A stretch of DNA of 64,000 nucleotides from Hyphomicrobiaceae bacterium (GTDB lineage Bacteria > Pseudomonadota > Alphaproteobacteria > Rhizobiales > Methyloligellaceae). The translations under genes were made by a program, and so were the position numbers. Location: contig JALCBY010000016.1 of NCBI GenBank assembly GCA_028066055.1, forward strand, positions 2,833-66,832, read 5' to 3'. The notes beneath the pieces are model-generated. The model saw only the letters and a program-made list of their open reading frames with translations, had not been told where the DNA came from and made no database searches. Positions 1 to 7,423 of the stretch are shown here, piece by piece (position 1 is the stretch's first letter; every line of letters begins with the position of its first letter).

Positions 1-196
1 GTTCTGGCGAAGCCCGGTCGTCCTCCATGAACAAGTCAATGAGATAGACCAACAGGCTTTCGTTGTTGGACCAGTTGACAAAGAGATTGCCGATCAGAGC
101 CAAGACCATCGTACCGCGGTCGATACTATTCGCCGGCGCAGGCCGAGGTGTTTGATGCTCTGATATTTCAGTTGGAACATCTGCCATTGCTGACAT
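1..196 (-). CDS. hypothetical protein, N-terminal part only (gene runs off left edge)
   Basis: My own reverse-strand translation from ATG (complement of 194-196) gives MSAMADVPTEISEHQTPRPAPANSIDRGTMVLALIGNLFVNWSNNESLLVYLIDLFMEDDRASPE... It stays open to position 1. It is absent from the ORF track because no stop lies in the window. The RBS is weak and I recognise no family. Confidence 0.3.
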   Translation of the reverse strand, partial: MSAMADVPTEISEHQTPRPAPANSIDRGTMVLALIGNLFVNWSNNESLLVYLIDLFMEDDRASPE

Positions 197-253
197 GTTA
201 AACGATCTCGGTGTAACAATTGCAACCCTGAGAGGATTGATCGTTCGCAGCGC

Positions 254-793
254 ATGGAGAATATGGTTTCCTGCGGACGGTTACAGACGAGGCGAGCACC
301 CATGTGGCAGCTTCTGCGGGCGCGCCGGGGAAAGAAGGCGGCTGTTGCATTCATCGCGCCGCTGGTTGCGGCCAGCCGGCACGGCGCGCTGAGAGAAATC
401 CCCGAGCGGGCCTGGCTCACGCCCTACATGGTTGGCTTCATGGGGATGCTGATTTCACTTGTCGCGCAACGCGCAGCGAGCGGTCTCAACTCCGACGTCC
501 TCGGCATCGTGCAGGTCGAGGCCTGGCGGAGCATAACCGGTGATAAACAGCATCCGATAGGCGAAGATATCTGCCTGTTGAGTACCGACGGGAACCATGA
601 ATTTGAAGACGGATGCTCCAGCGCCCGGCGCTTCCTGGCCGCGTTGGACGAAGCCGGAGTGCATATGTATCCGGACGTGCTGTCACACCACGGCGAGGCT
701 CACGGGGCCGGTTTCGATCACTCTACCGCGCAGACTTTATGGGCAGATTATTTCGAAGCTCATATCGATTCATCGTCGGAGCCTCAGGGCTAG
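254..793 (+). CDS. hypothetical protein
   Basis: 179-aa ORF in the track. Third-position G+C is enriched by eye. It has one hydrophobic stretch (YMVGFMGMLISLVAQ). An alternative start is ATG 302 (MWQLLRARRGKK...). No family recognised. Confidence 0.4.
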   Translation: MENMVSCGRLQTRRAPMWQLLRARRGKKAAVAFIAPLVAASRHGALREIPERAWLTPYMVGFMGMLISLVAQRAASGLNSDVLGIVQVEAWRSITGDKQHPIGEDICLLSTDGNHEFEDGCSSARRFLAALDEAGVHMYPDVLSHHGEAHGAGFDHSTAQTLWADYFEAHIDSSSEPQG

Positions 794-1151
794 AGCGCGG
801 TGACTGGGCCGCGGACAGGGCGAACCGTGTCGGCCTTAACAGGGTTCTGGGTGAACCGGGAATGTTCTTCACAGCAGGATTACCGTTGGTAGCAGGGTGT
901 TTCATGCGGCCATTCACAAGATGTCTGAAAATCAGATCGAACTGCTCAAGCGGCAGTTCGTCCTCCGCTACTCCCATCGCCTCCAGAAAACGCTTGAACT
1001 GAATTTCCCGCGGACTTTTGTGACATGACGGTGGTGACATTCGTACAACGACCCCTTGTACCAACTACCCACTTACACGCATTACGTTAGCACGCTATCG
1101 CAGTTCCTTGACAGTATTGTTTCGATTGTGTTGGCGGGAGTGATATTTTTA

Positions 1152-1514
1152 CTACTGCCGGTCAGTGACCCGCTGCAGCATCGCGGCGGCCGTCTTGTAT
1201 GTCACGCCAAGTATGGTGCTTGCGGCATTTGCATTAAGCCGCCGTTTGGAGTCGCTGGCGAGTAGTATGAGCTGCAACCACTTGTGCATCGGGATTTTGC
1301 TGTCTTCGAAGATTGTGCCGATCTTCACGGTGAAGGGCTTGCGGCAATGGTAGCATTTGTAGGTGTGTATTCGCGTGCTGTCGCCCCGTAGCCTTCCGAT
1401 CCGGTCAGACGCATCGCAACGGGGGCACACAGGTCCGTCCGGCCAGACATGCCGTTCCACATAGTCGTATGCGGCCTCTTCGTCGCGAAACTTCTCGATC
1501 GCGTCCCGTTCCAT
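1152..1514 (-). mobile_element. IS1595/ISXO2-like transposase remnant: N-terminal zinc-ribbon domain only, DDE catalytic domain absent
   Basis: The sequence ...EEAAYDYVERHVWPDGPVCPRCDASDRIGRLRGDSTRIHTYKCYHCRKPFTVKIGTIFEDSKIPMHKWLQLILL... matches the CxxC...CxxC zinc-ribbon plus HTH N-terminus of IS1595-family transposases as I remember it. The ORF stops after about 120 aa and no DDE-like ORF follows. Preferred start is ATG at 1514 (MERDAIEKF); the track start at 1535 is a GTG. I saw no terminal inverted repeats. Confidence 0.7.
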
Positions 1515-1560
1515 ACCAACACCCCATCCTGGCACGGTCTCGCATCAGTCACCTGACGTT

Positions 1561-1860
1561 CGGCAGCATTACGAACGCCGATTTTTAATTTGCCAAAATG
1601 ACAGCGTTGTTACAATCCAAAAACTGGTTCACATATAGTTGATTGCTGGGTACGTGAAGTAAATATAAAGCTCTCATATGGGTACGTAATATAAGAGTTT
1701 CTTATTTGGCTATTCATGCAAACAAAGAATCCTTTATGAGATTCATATGTGTGGCAATTTTATTGAATAAATTCTGAAGTTATATGAATGACAATTTTAT
1801 TAATGAATACAATCGGGTACGTATAAGATAATTGACTGCCCTTTAATTAGGTTTTTACAT
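1561..1860 (+). promoter_or_regulatory. AT-rich leader/promoter region upstream of the T1SS cargo genes
   Basis: My hand count gives 96 G+C in 300 nt (about 32%), against a clearly G+C-rich flank. It contains direct and inverted repeats (see the repeat feature). A weak sigma70-like candidate is TTGACT (1832-1837), 17 nt, TTACAT (1855-1860). No ORF is supported here. Confidence 0.4.
1648..1822 (+). repeat. dispersed short repeats in the AT-rich leader (3x GGGTACGT, 2x CAATTTTATT, inverted ATTCATAT/ATATGAAT)
   Basis: GGGTACGT occurs at 1648-1655, 1680-1687 and 1815-1822, each followed by an A/T-rich ..ATAAG.. stretch. CAATTTTATT occurs at 1755-1764 and 1792-1801. ATTCATAT (1741-1748) is the reverse complement of ATATGAAT (1782-1789). 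Confidence 0.6.
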
Positions 1861-2018
1861 GACGCCTGTCGCTGGTGAAAACGAGACCACTGGCGATTGA
1901 CTCAAATAGACGTGAAACCGGAACGCTCAGCTCGGGTGTGACGATTGCCGACGTAGAAGATTGGCGATTGACGCTCTGGCGGTGCATCTCCGGTTCTAAA
2001 ACCTCGAAGGAGATGACC

Positions 2019-2774
2019 ATGTCGCAAGCACAGGCACAAGGCCAGCTGGAACTTCAAGCCCAAGCACAGGCCGAACTTCAGAAACAACTGCAGGGTCAAG
2101 GACAGGGCCAGGGTCAAGCTCAAGGGCAGGCCCAGTTTGCGCTTCAGGGCGTGCATCAGGAGAGCGAAAGCTACAACAAGAACGGCAACCTGAACGGCAA
2201 CAAGAACTACAATGAAGTCGATAACGAGGTCGACAACGAAGTCGACAACGAGGTCGAGAACACAGTCGAGAACACAGTCGAAAACGACGTGGACGTTGAT
2301 GTCGACGTTGACGTGGATTTGGATCTGTCCGGCTACATACCGGAAGACAATGATATCATCGATATCGACAACATCGACTTCGATGACGACCTCGATGGTG
2401 CGTTCACGGCCATTGCCAATGTGGTTGACCAGCGCGTTGACGGTGCCGGTGATGACGCGGCGTTCAACGTTCAGCAGATCAACAGCCTGGTCGACAATGA
2501 CTATGCCAAGGAAATCCAGATCAAGGACAACGAGATCGACACCGGTAACGGCAACTATTCCTTCTCGGGAACGGCCACCGGCGGTGAGACCAGCGTCGAC
2601 GACGTGCGAGCATCTATTGATGAGAACGGCAGCATTAGCTCCACGGGCAATGCGCAGGCTGATGCTTCGGTCAATAACGAGTCGTTCGTCCAGAATGTGA
2701 CTCAGGGCGCGAACATTCAGTTCAACGAGTCGTCCATGATCAACGATCAGGATGACGGACTGCTGTCAGGCTGA
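2019..2774 (+). CDS. hyper-acidic low-complexity protein, putative type I secretion cargo 1 (no family recognised)
   Basis: The track ORF is 1875-2774. I prefer ATG 2019 because it is preceded by GAAGGAG (2006-2012), and the residues upstream of it are unlike the rest of the protein. The product is 251 aa with no Cys and no signal peptide. It has (QA/QG)n, NEVD/NTVE/DV arrays and a D/N-rich C-terminal half. It is co-directional with the T1SS genes downstream. Confidence 0.75.
   Translation: MSQAQAQGQLELQAQAQAELQKQLQGQGQGQGQAQGQAQFALQGVHQESESYNKNGNLNGNKNYNEVDNEVDNEVDNEVENTVENTVENDVDVDVDVDVDLDLSGYIPEDNDIIDIDNIDFDDDLDGAFTAIANVVDQRVDGAGDDAAFNVQQINSLVDNDYAKEIQIKDNEIDTGNGNYSFSGTATGGETSVDDVRASIDENGSISSTGNAQADASVNNESFVQNVTQGANIQFNESSMINDQDDGLLSG
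2025..2135 (+). repeat. imperfect in-frame CAR/GSN trinucleotide-type repeat encoding Q-A/Q-G runs
   Basis: The stretch caagcacaggcacaaggccag...cagggtcaaggacagggccagggtcaagctcaagggcaggcccag encodes QAQAQGQLELQAQAQAELQKQLQGQGQGQGQAQGQAQ. Confidence 0.7.
2211..2327 (+). repeat. tandem 12-bp in-frame repeat array (about 9.75 units)
   Basis: The units are aatgaagtcgat, aacgaggtcgac, aacgaagtcgac, aacgaggtcgag, aacacagtcgag, aacacagtcgaa, aacgacgtggac, gttgatgtcgac, gttgacgtggat and ttggatctg. They encode NEVD NEVD NEVD NEVE NTVE NTVE NDVD VDVD VDVD LDL. Confidence 0.9.
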
Positions 2775-2807
2775 CGAGGCTTTGCCTTTATCAAGCACGA
2801 CGGGATC

Positions 2808-2830
2808 CGCGCGGCATCACGCCGCGCGGA
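2808..2830 (+). other. GC-rich stem-loop between the two cargo genes
   Basis: CCGCGCGG (2808-2815), a 7-nt loop (catcacg), then CCGCGCGG (2823-2830). The 8-mer is self-complementary. No U-tract follows, so it is not a canonical intrinsic terminator. It may act as an mRNA stabiliser or attenuator. Confidence 0.4.
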
Positions 2831-2959
2831 CACCCGATCCGACTGGGCACACGGGGCTGAAGGGGCACAACTGAAACGGGGAACGGAGACGACAAAATGA
2901 AATAAGGGGCCTCGACCGGGGCCCGAGAGGCCGATGTAACAGGCTGGGTGGAGACGGCA

Positions 2960-4936
2960 ATGAGCACTGGCGCGGTTACGGAGATTCTCTATCACTTCGC
3001 GGGTTATCTTCATACACTCGGTGAAGCTTCGCGCATCCGCATTGAGTATGAAGAGTATTCTTTTCAGCAAAAGAAACATGAGCTTGAGCTCGACGCGGCC
3101 GTCTCGGTTAGCAAGCGTCATGAGCTGGAGGAGCTAAGCGACAAGCGGATCCCTTTCCAATATTCGGAGAAACCTGCTTTGCCGCTCCGTGACGTGGCGG
3201 GTGACAGGCTGCGGCTGGATCGCCCCGATCCTCTGAATTCCGAGCCTTACGACTTTTTCAAGGCGCCACTCCAGCTGAAGCCTGCTGGGTTCCCCCTCAC
3301 TGTCACGGTAAGCGCGGAGGTGCCGGAGGTTGCCGTCTCCTTCAAGGCCGGCGGTGGCCAAGCCGTAAGCCAGGTCCAGCAGGTCAATTATCTGGTGGAC
3401 AATGACCGTTTCGGGATTCCCGATGGGACGACCGCCGGCGCGTATGATCAGGGCGAGATCGAAGACGCCGTCCTTGAAATGAAGAAGACGGCCGATGCGG
3501 AAACGCCGGAGGATCTTGCAATAACCGAGTTCGACGCGGTGTCTCTCGGCGAAGTCATTGCAAACCGCAACGCGGAATCGAAGCAAGGAGAAGAGACCAG
3601 CGGGGGTCAGGTGGATGCGGGCACCTACGTCAATGGGGTCTTGCTGCCGGAAGGTGGAGAAGTACCCGAGGTGCCTGACAAAGATGAGAGCGAGGCCCCA
3701 AACAAACTCATTGATCAGGCGACACAGTCCGATATCGAAGCCGTGGGGCAAATTGCTGAAACCGGCGGCAACGTATCGGCAAACGTTGCCGGCATTGTCG
3801 ACGTCAACCACACCACCGGGACCATGGCGATCTCCGGTGACTTCCACTCAACCGATGCGATTGTCCAGGTCACCGTCCTCATGGACGATGATGACGTGAT
3901 TCATGCCGGCTACAGGAATATCACCACCGAAACACACGCCAACGAAATGAACAACGTCGCGAAACTGCTCGAGACTGATATTGGCATGTCGAGTTTTGCG
4001 GGCAGCAATGTATTTGCGGGCCTGGAATGGAATGTCGATGTATTCGACGGCGATCTTTACGATGTCCACGCCGTCACCCAGTCGAACTGGCTCCATGACA
4101 ACGATGTCGTCTTTCAGGAGAACACGGCAAGCACCGTCCAGGTATTTGTGGGCGACAACGGCCAGTTCAATGTATCGACGCTCGAGTCCTGGGGCGGGAA
4201 CTACGACCTTGTCGTTGTGAACGGCGACTACCATCAGGCAAATCTCATTTACCAGAAGATCGTGCTGTTCGACGCTGACACGGTCAAGGTTCTCGGAAAC
4301 GGCGTTGGAACAGAAGGACCTGACATTGCTGGTCCGGCCATCTCCACTGGCGAAAACTGGCTTCAGAATGATGCGACGATCAACAATTTTGCGACCGGCT
4401 CCATCAACGATCTGAGCGAGGACTGGGAAGAGTTGATTGGCGATCTGGGCAATCAGCCAGGTGTGATGGATCTCTTCGCGGGCGTGGGCATACCCAATTT
4501 CGGAGACGAGTCGTTCGATGTGCTGGTAATCGGCGGAAACTACTACGACATCAACGTGATCAACCAGGAGATCGTCGTTGCGGATGCCGACACCGTCATG
4601 CAGTTCCTGCCCGGCGAAGGAGAAACCGGTGGGGACGTTGTGCAATCCGCGGAGACAGGCGGCAACATCCTCTCCAATCTTGCCGTGATCGAAACGACGG
4701 GTCCCGTCGCCGACTACTATGTGGGCGGTGACCATTATGACGACGAGATCCTCATCCAGGTCGAGATCCTGGTTTCTGACGATGACGACATTGTTCAAGA
4801 GGACCCCGATGCGCTGGCAACCGAGTTGGCCGTTTTTGCATCGTTGCAGACGGACGATGAGGACGAGACGCACGAGACGTTCCTTCCTGTGAATGACAGC
4901 GCCGGGTCGGACATGCTGGGAGGCGTTCTGACCTAG
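2960..4936 (+). CDS. acidic repeat protein, putative type I secretion cargo 2 (no family recognised)
   Basis: The track ORF is 2948-4936 (GTG). ATG 2960 lies 7 nt after GGTGGAG. The product is 658 aa with no Cys and no signal peptide. It has internal repeat pairs (ETGGN..DDDD(V/I) twice, GGNY..(F/A)DADTV twice) and an acidic C-terminus. The long antisense ORFs inside it are shadows. Confidence 0.85.
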   Translation: MSTGAVTEILYHFAGYLHTLGEASRIRIEYEEYSFQQKKHELELDAAVSVSKRHELEELSDKRIPFQYSEKPALPLRDVAGDRLRLDRPDPLNSEPYDFFKAPLQLKPAGFPLTVTVSAEVPEVAVSFKAGGGQAVSQVQQVNYLVDNDRFGIPDGTTAGAYDQGEIEDAVLEMKKTADAETPEDLAITEFDAVSLGEVIANRNAESKQGEETSGGQVDAGTYVNGVLLPEGGEVPEVPDKDESEAPNKLIDQATQSDIEAVGQIAETGGNVSANVAGIVDVNHTTGTMAISGDFHSTDAIVQVTVLMDDDDVIHAGYRNITTETHANEMNNVAKLLETDIGMSSFAGSNVFAGLEWNVDVFDGDLYDVHAVTQSNWLHDNDVVFQENTASTVQVFVGDNGQFNVSTLESWGGNYDLVVVNGDYHQANLIYQKIVLFDADTVKVLGNGVGTEGPDIAGPAISTGENWLQNDATINNFATGSINDLSEDWEELIGDLGNQPGVMDLFAGVGIPNFGDESFDVLVIGGNYYDINVINQEIVVADADTVMQFLPGEGETGGDVVQSAETGGNILSNLAVIETTGPVADYYVGGDHYDDEILIQVEILVSDDDDIVQEDPDALATELAVFASLQTDDEDETHETFLPVNDSAGSDMLGGVLT

Positions 4937-4986
4937 CGGTCATGCGGGTACTGACGGGCGAACTGATTTAGTGCGGGGTTGGGTTA

Positions 4987-7398
4987 ATGGACGGAGAGCG
5001 GGACACACCAAAATCTGACGTGAATATTCCGGGATCGGAGAGACGCGGCAAAACGGGCGCGCGGCTGAATGGTGAATTTGCCGCCGCCGAACACGACGGA
5101 AGGTTGGTGAAGCACAACGGGCACACCCAAGAGCCGCGCGATGCGCACCTCGCTGCAGGACATACAGTTCACTCCAATGGCGTCGGTGAAAATGGCAATG
5201 GTACGTTCTTGGCGCATGTCGCAGCCGGCGGCGCCAGTGGCCGTGAAGATCGGGCACATAGCGCCAACGGTTCAAGCGATGTAGAGCAGACCGAACGTGT
5301 CCGTCAGGCGTCCGGGGAACGTGGGAACCTATCGGAGCGTGCCGACGGGTTTAATAACGGTTCAGATGAATCCAAAATGCACCGGAACGATGCGGATGGC
5401 GGCGATTCCGAAACCGGCAATGACGTTGTCGAAATCCGGACCAGCGACAACGCCGGTGAATTTCAGCCGCGCGGTCACGACGGCGGCTCAAGCGGACAAA
5501 TTCCCGAAACCGAAGAAGACGAGACGCTCAAGGCCCGGGGCAAGCCGAACGGCGCGTCCGGCATCAATGGATCCGGCGGAGGAAAGAACGGTACAAACGG
5601 GAGTGCCGCGGGTTCGAACGGCGCAAACGGTTCCGGCGGCGCGTCGACCATGGAAAGGCGCACCTCGAACGCCGACTTCCGGGAAATCCTCAGCAAGGGG
5701 TTGGCCGTGTGCCGCCGTAACCTGGTGACCGTCGGCATATTTTCCTTCATCGTCAATATTCTCGTTCTCGCGATTCCAATCTACCTCTTCAACATCGCCG
5801 ACCGCGTCCTCTCCAGTCAGAGCATCGATACGCTTGTGATGCTGAGCATCGTCGTCGCGGGGGCGATCCTGATGCATGTGCTGCTCGATATCGCCCGACG
5901 GATCATCCTGTTGCGGGTTGCGGTCGATATGGAAAGCAAACTCGGCGCTCCGGTGCTCAGTGCGGCGGCGCGTGCGGCACAGGACGGATCGAGCCGCGAG
6001 TTTCAGATCCTCGGTGAGTTGCAGAATTTGCGTGCATTCATTACCGGGCCGGTCATCCTGACCATGTTCGACGCACCCGTAGCGCCGCTCTACCTGCTGG
6101 CGATCTTTATGATCCATCCGCATTTGGGATTTATCGTTTGCGGGACGGTCGTCCTGTTGCTGGTTATCGCGGGTCTGAACCAGCGAACGACGGCGGTGCC
6201 CTTCGGACGTGCGAACGCATTCGCGGCGCGCGCCAACCTTCAGGCAGATGCCATGGCCAGAAACGCGCAGGCGATGAACGCCATGGGCATGATCCCGGAG
6301 GGCGTGAACATCTGGGGCGGCGAGACGGCGCAGTCCCTCAAGTCACAGGTCATCGCTCAGGACCGCAACATACTGCTCGCGGGAACATCGAAGTTCATCC
6401 GGCTGGGCACGCAGATCGCGGTTCTCGGCTGGGGCGGCTATCTGGCCATTCTCGGTGAAGTGACCGGTGGCATGATCATCGCTGCATCGATCGTCGGCAG
6501 CCGCGCCCTTCAGCCGATCGAGGGCTCCATCGAAGGATGGCGCACCTTCGTACAGGCCCGTTCCGCCTACTCGCGCATCAAGGCCCTGCTGCTCAACTCG
6601 CCGCTCAATTTTGACCGGCTTCGGCTGCCGCGTCCCATGGGCCACCTCAATGTCGATCGGGTTCTGTATGTACCTCCGCCGAACAAAAAGGTCATCCTGA
6701 ACGGGGTGTCGTTTGAGCTGCAGCCCGGCGAGTCGCTGGGCATCGTCGGTGCCTCGGGCACGGGCAAATCGACGTTGGGCAAGATGCTCGTGGGTTCGGT
6801 ATTCCCGACATCAGGCAGCGTGCGTCTCGACAGTATGGATTTGCGCAACTGGGATGCTCGGCAGTTCGGCGAGAATGTCGGCTACCTGCCGCAGGATGTT
6901 CAGCTTTTCCCCGCTTCCATCAAGGACAACATCGCCCGCATGCGCAAGGATGCGAGTGATCAGGATATTTTCGATGCCGCAGAGATGGCGGACGTCCACG
7001 GGATGATCTCCGAGTTCGCGCAGGGGTATGAGACGCAGGTGGCGATGGACGGCAGTCCGCTTTCCGGCGGACAGAAGCAGCGCATCGGTCTCGCCCGCGC
7101 CTTCTTCGGCGATCCCCGCCTTGTGGTTCTGGATGAACCCAACTCGAACCTGGATTCGCCGGGCGAGCGGGCGCTCGCCAAGGCGCTGGATGTGGCCAAG
7201 GAGAAACAGATCACGGTGGTTGCCATCACCCAGCGCCCGTCCCTACTCAAGAGCGTCGACAAGATCATGATCCTGAAGAACGGCACCGTTCAGGCGCTGG
7301 GCAGCAGGGACGACCTGATTCCCTTGATCATCAAGGGTAAGCGGGCCAACGGCTCGGCCCAACCGGACGATGACGTGAAATTGATCGATGCAAACTAG
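4987..7398 (+). CDS. type I secretion system permease/ATPase (PrtD/HasD-type) with a ~220-aa low-complexity N-terminal extension
   Basis: The core begins near FREILSKGLAVCRRNLVTVGIFSFIVNILVLAIPIYLFNIADRVL. It has Walker A GASGTGKST, signature LSGGQKQRIGLARAFFGDPRLVVLDEPNSNLD, and a multi-helix TMD. The frame is open from ATG 4987, only 50 nt after the cargo stop. An internal alternative start is ATG 5650 (MERRTSNADF). Confidence 0.9.
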   Translation: MDGERDTPKSDVNIPGSERRGKTGARLNGEFAAAEHDGRLVKHNGHTQEPRDAHLAAGHTVHSNGVGENGNGTFLAHVAAGGASGREDRAHSANGSSDVEQTERVRQASGERGNLSERADGFNNGSDESKMHRNDADGGDSETGNDVVEIRTSDNAGEFQPRGHDGGSSGQIPETEEDETLKARGKPNGASGINGSGGGKNGTNGSAAGSNGANGSGGASTMERRTSNADFREILSKGLAVCRRNLVTVGIFSFIVNILVLAIPIYLFNIADRVLSSQSIDTLVMLSIVVAGAILMHVLLDIARRIILLRVAVDMESKLGAPVLSAAARAAQDGSSREFQILGELQNLRAFITGPVILTMFDAPVAPLYLLAIFMIHPHLGFIVCGTVVLLLVIAGLNQRTTAVPFGRANAFAARANLQADAMARNAQAMNAMGMIPEGVNIWGGETAQSLKSQVIAQDRNILLAGTSKFIRLGTQIAVLGWGGYLAILGEVTGGMIIAASIVGSRALQPIEGSIEGWRTFVQARSAYSRIKALLLNSPLNFDRLRLPRPMGHLNVDRVLYVPPPNKKVILNGVSFELQPGESLGIVGASGTGKSTLGKMLVGSVFPTSGSVRLDSMDLRNWDARQFGENVGYLPQDVQLFPASIKDNIARMRKDASDQDIFDAAEMADVHGMISEFAQGYETQVAMDGSPLSGGQKQRIGLARAFFGDPRLVVLDEPNSNLDSPGERALAKALDVAKEKQITVVAITQRPSLLKSVDKIMILKNGTVQALGSRDDLIPLIIKGKRANGSAQPDDDVKLIDAN

Positions 7399-7423
7399 GC
7401 CAAGCGCGACGGGAGCATCCTGA

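Noticed and set aside
723-1064. 113-aa minus-strand ORF
   Set aside because: It overlaps the 3' end of ORF 254-793 by 70 nt. It has no RBS and no recognisable family, and its tail is proline/arginine-rich. It could hide a shorter real gene, but I cannot support it.
1875-2018. Upstream GTG-initiated extension of the cargo 1 ORF (MKTRPLAIDSNRRETGTLSS...)
   Set aside because: There is no RBS at 1875. Its composition is unlike the rest of the protein, and it begins inside the leader. ATG 2019 has a GAAGGAG Shine-Dalgarno at proper spacing.
2025-2327. Short tandem DNA repeats that could superficially resemble a CRISPR or minisatellite locus
   Set aside because: The units are 3-12 bp and contiguous, with no spacers. 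They are strictly in frame within an ORF that has an RBS. This is coding low complexity, not CRISPR.
3134-4873. Long antisense ORFs 3134-3847 (237 aa) and 3848-4873 (341 aa)
   Set aside because: They lie entirely inside the 658-aa plus-strand gene. Their compositions (R/H/V-rich) are typical of shadow frames, and they have no RBS or recognisable domains.
2019-4936. RTX (GGxGxDxUx) calcium-binding nonapeptides in the cargo candidates
   Set aside because: I looked for them specifically. The only GG-containing stretches (GGNVSANVA, GGNILSNLA, GGNYDLVVV, GGNYYDINV, GGGQAVSQV) lack the Gly-x-Asp core. This needs HMM confirmation.
4940-5275. Minus-strand ORFs 4940-5275 and 4984-5259, and plus-strand ORF 5297-5728, within the ABC N-terminal extension region
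   Set aside because: They are R/P/A-rich frames typical of high-G+C noise. The frame continuous with the ABC core is the only one with operon-consistent spacing.
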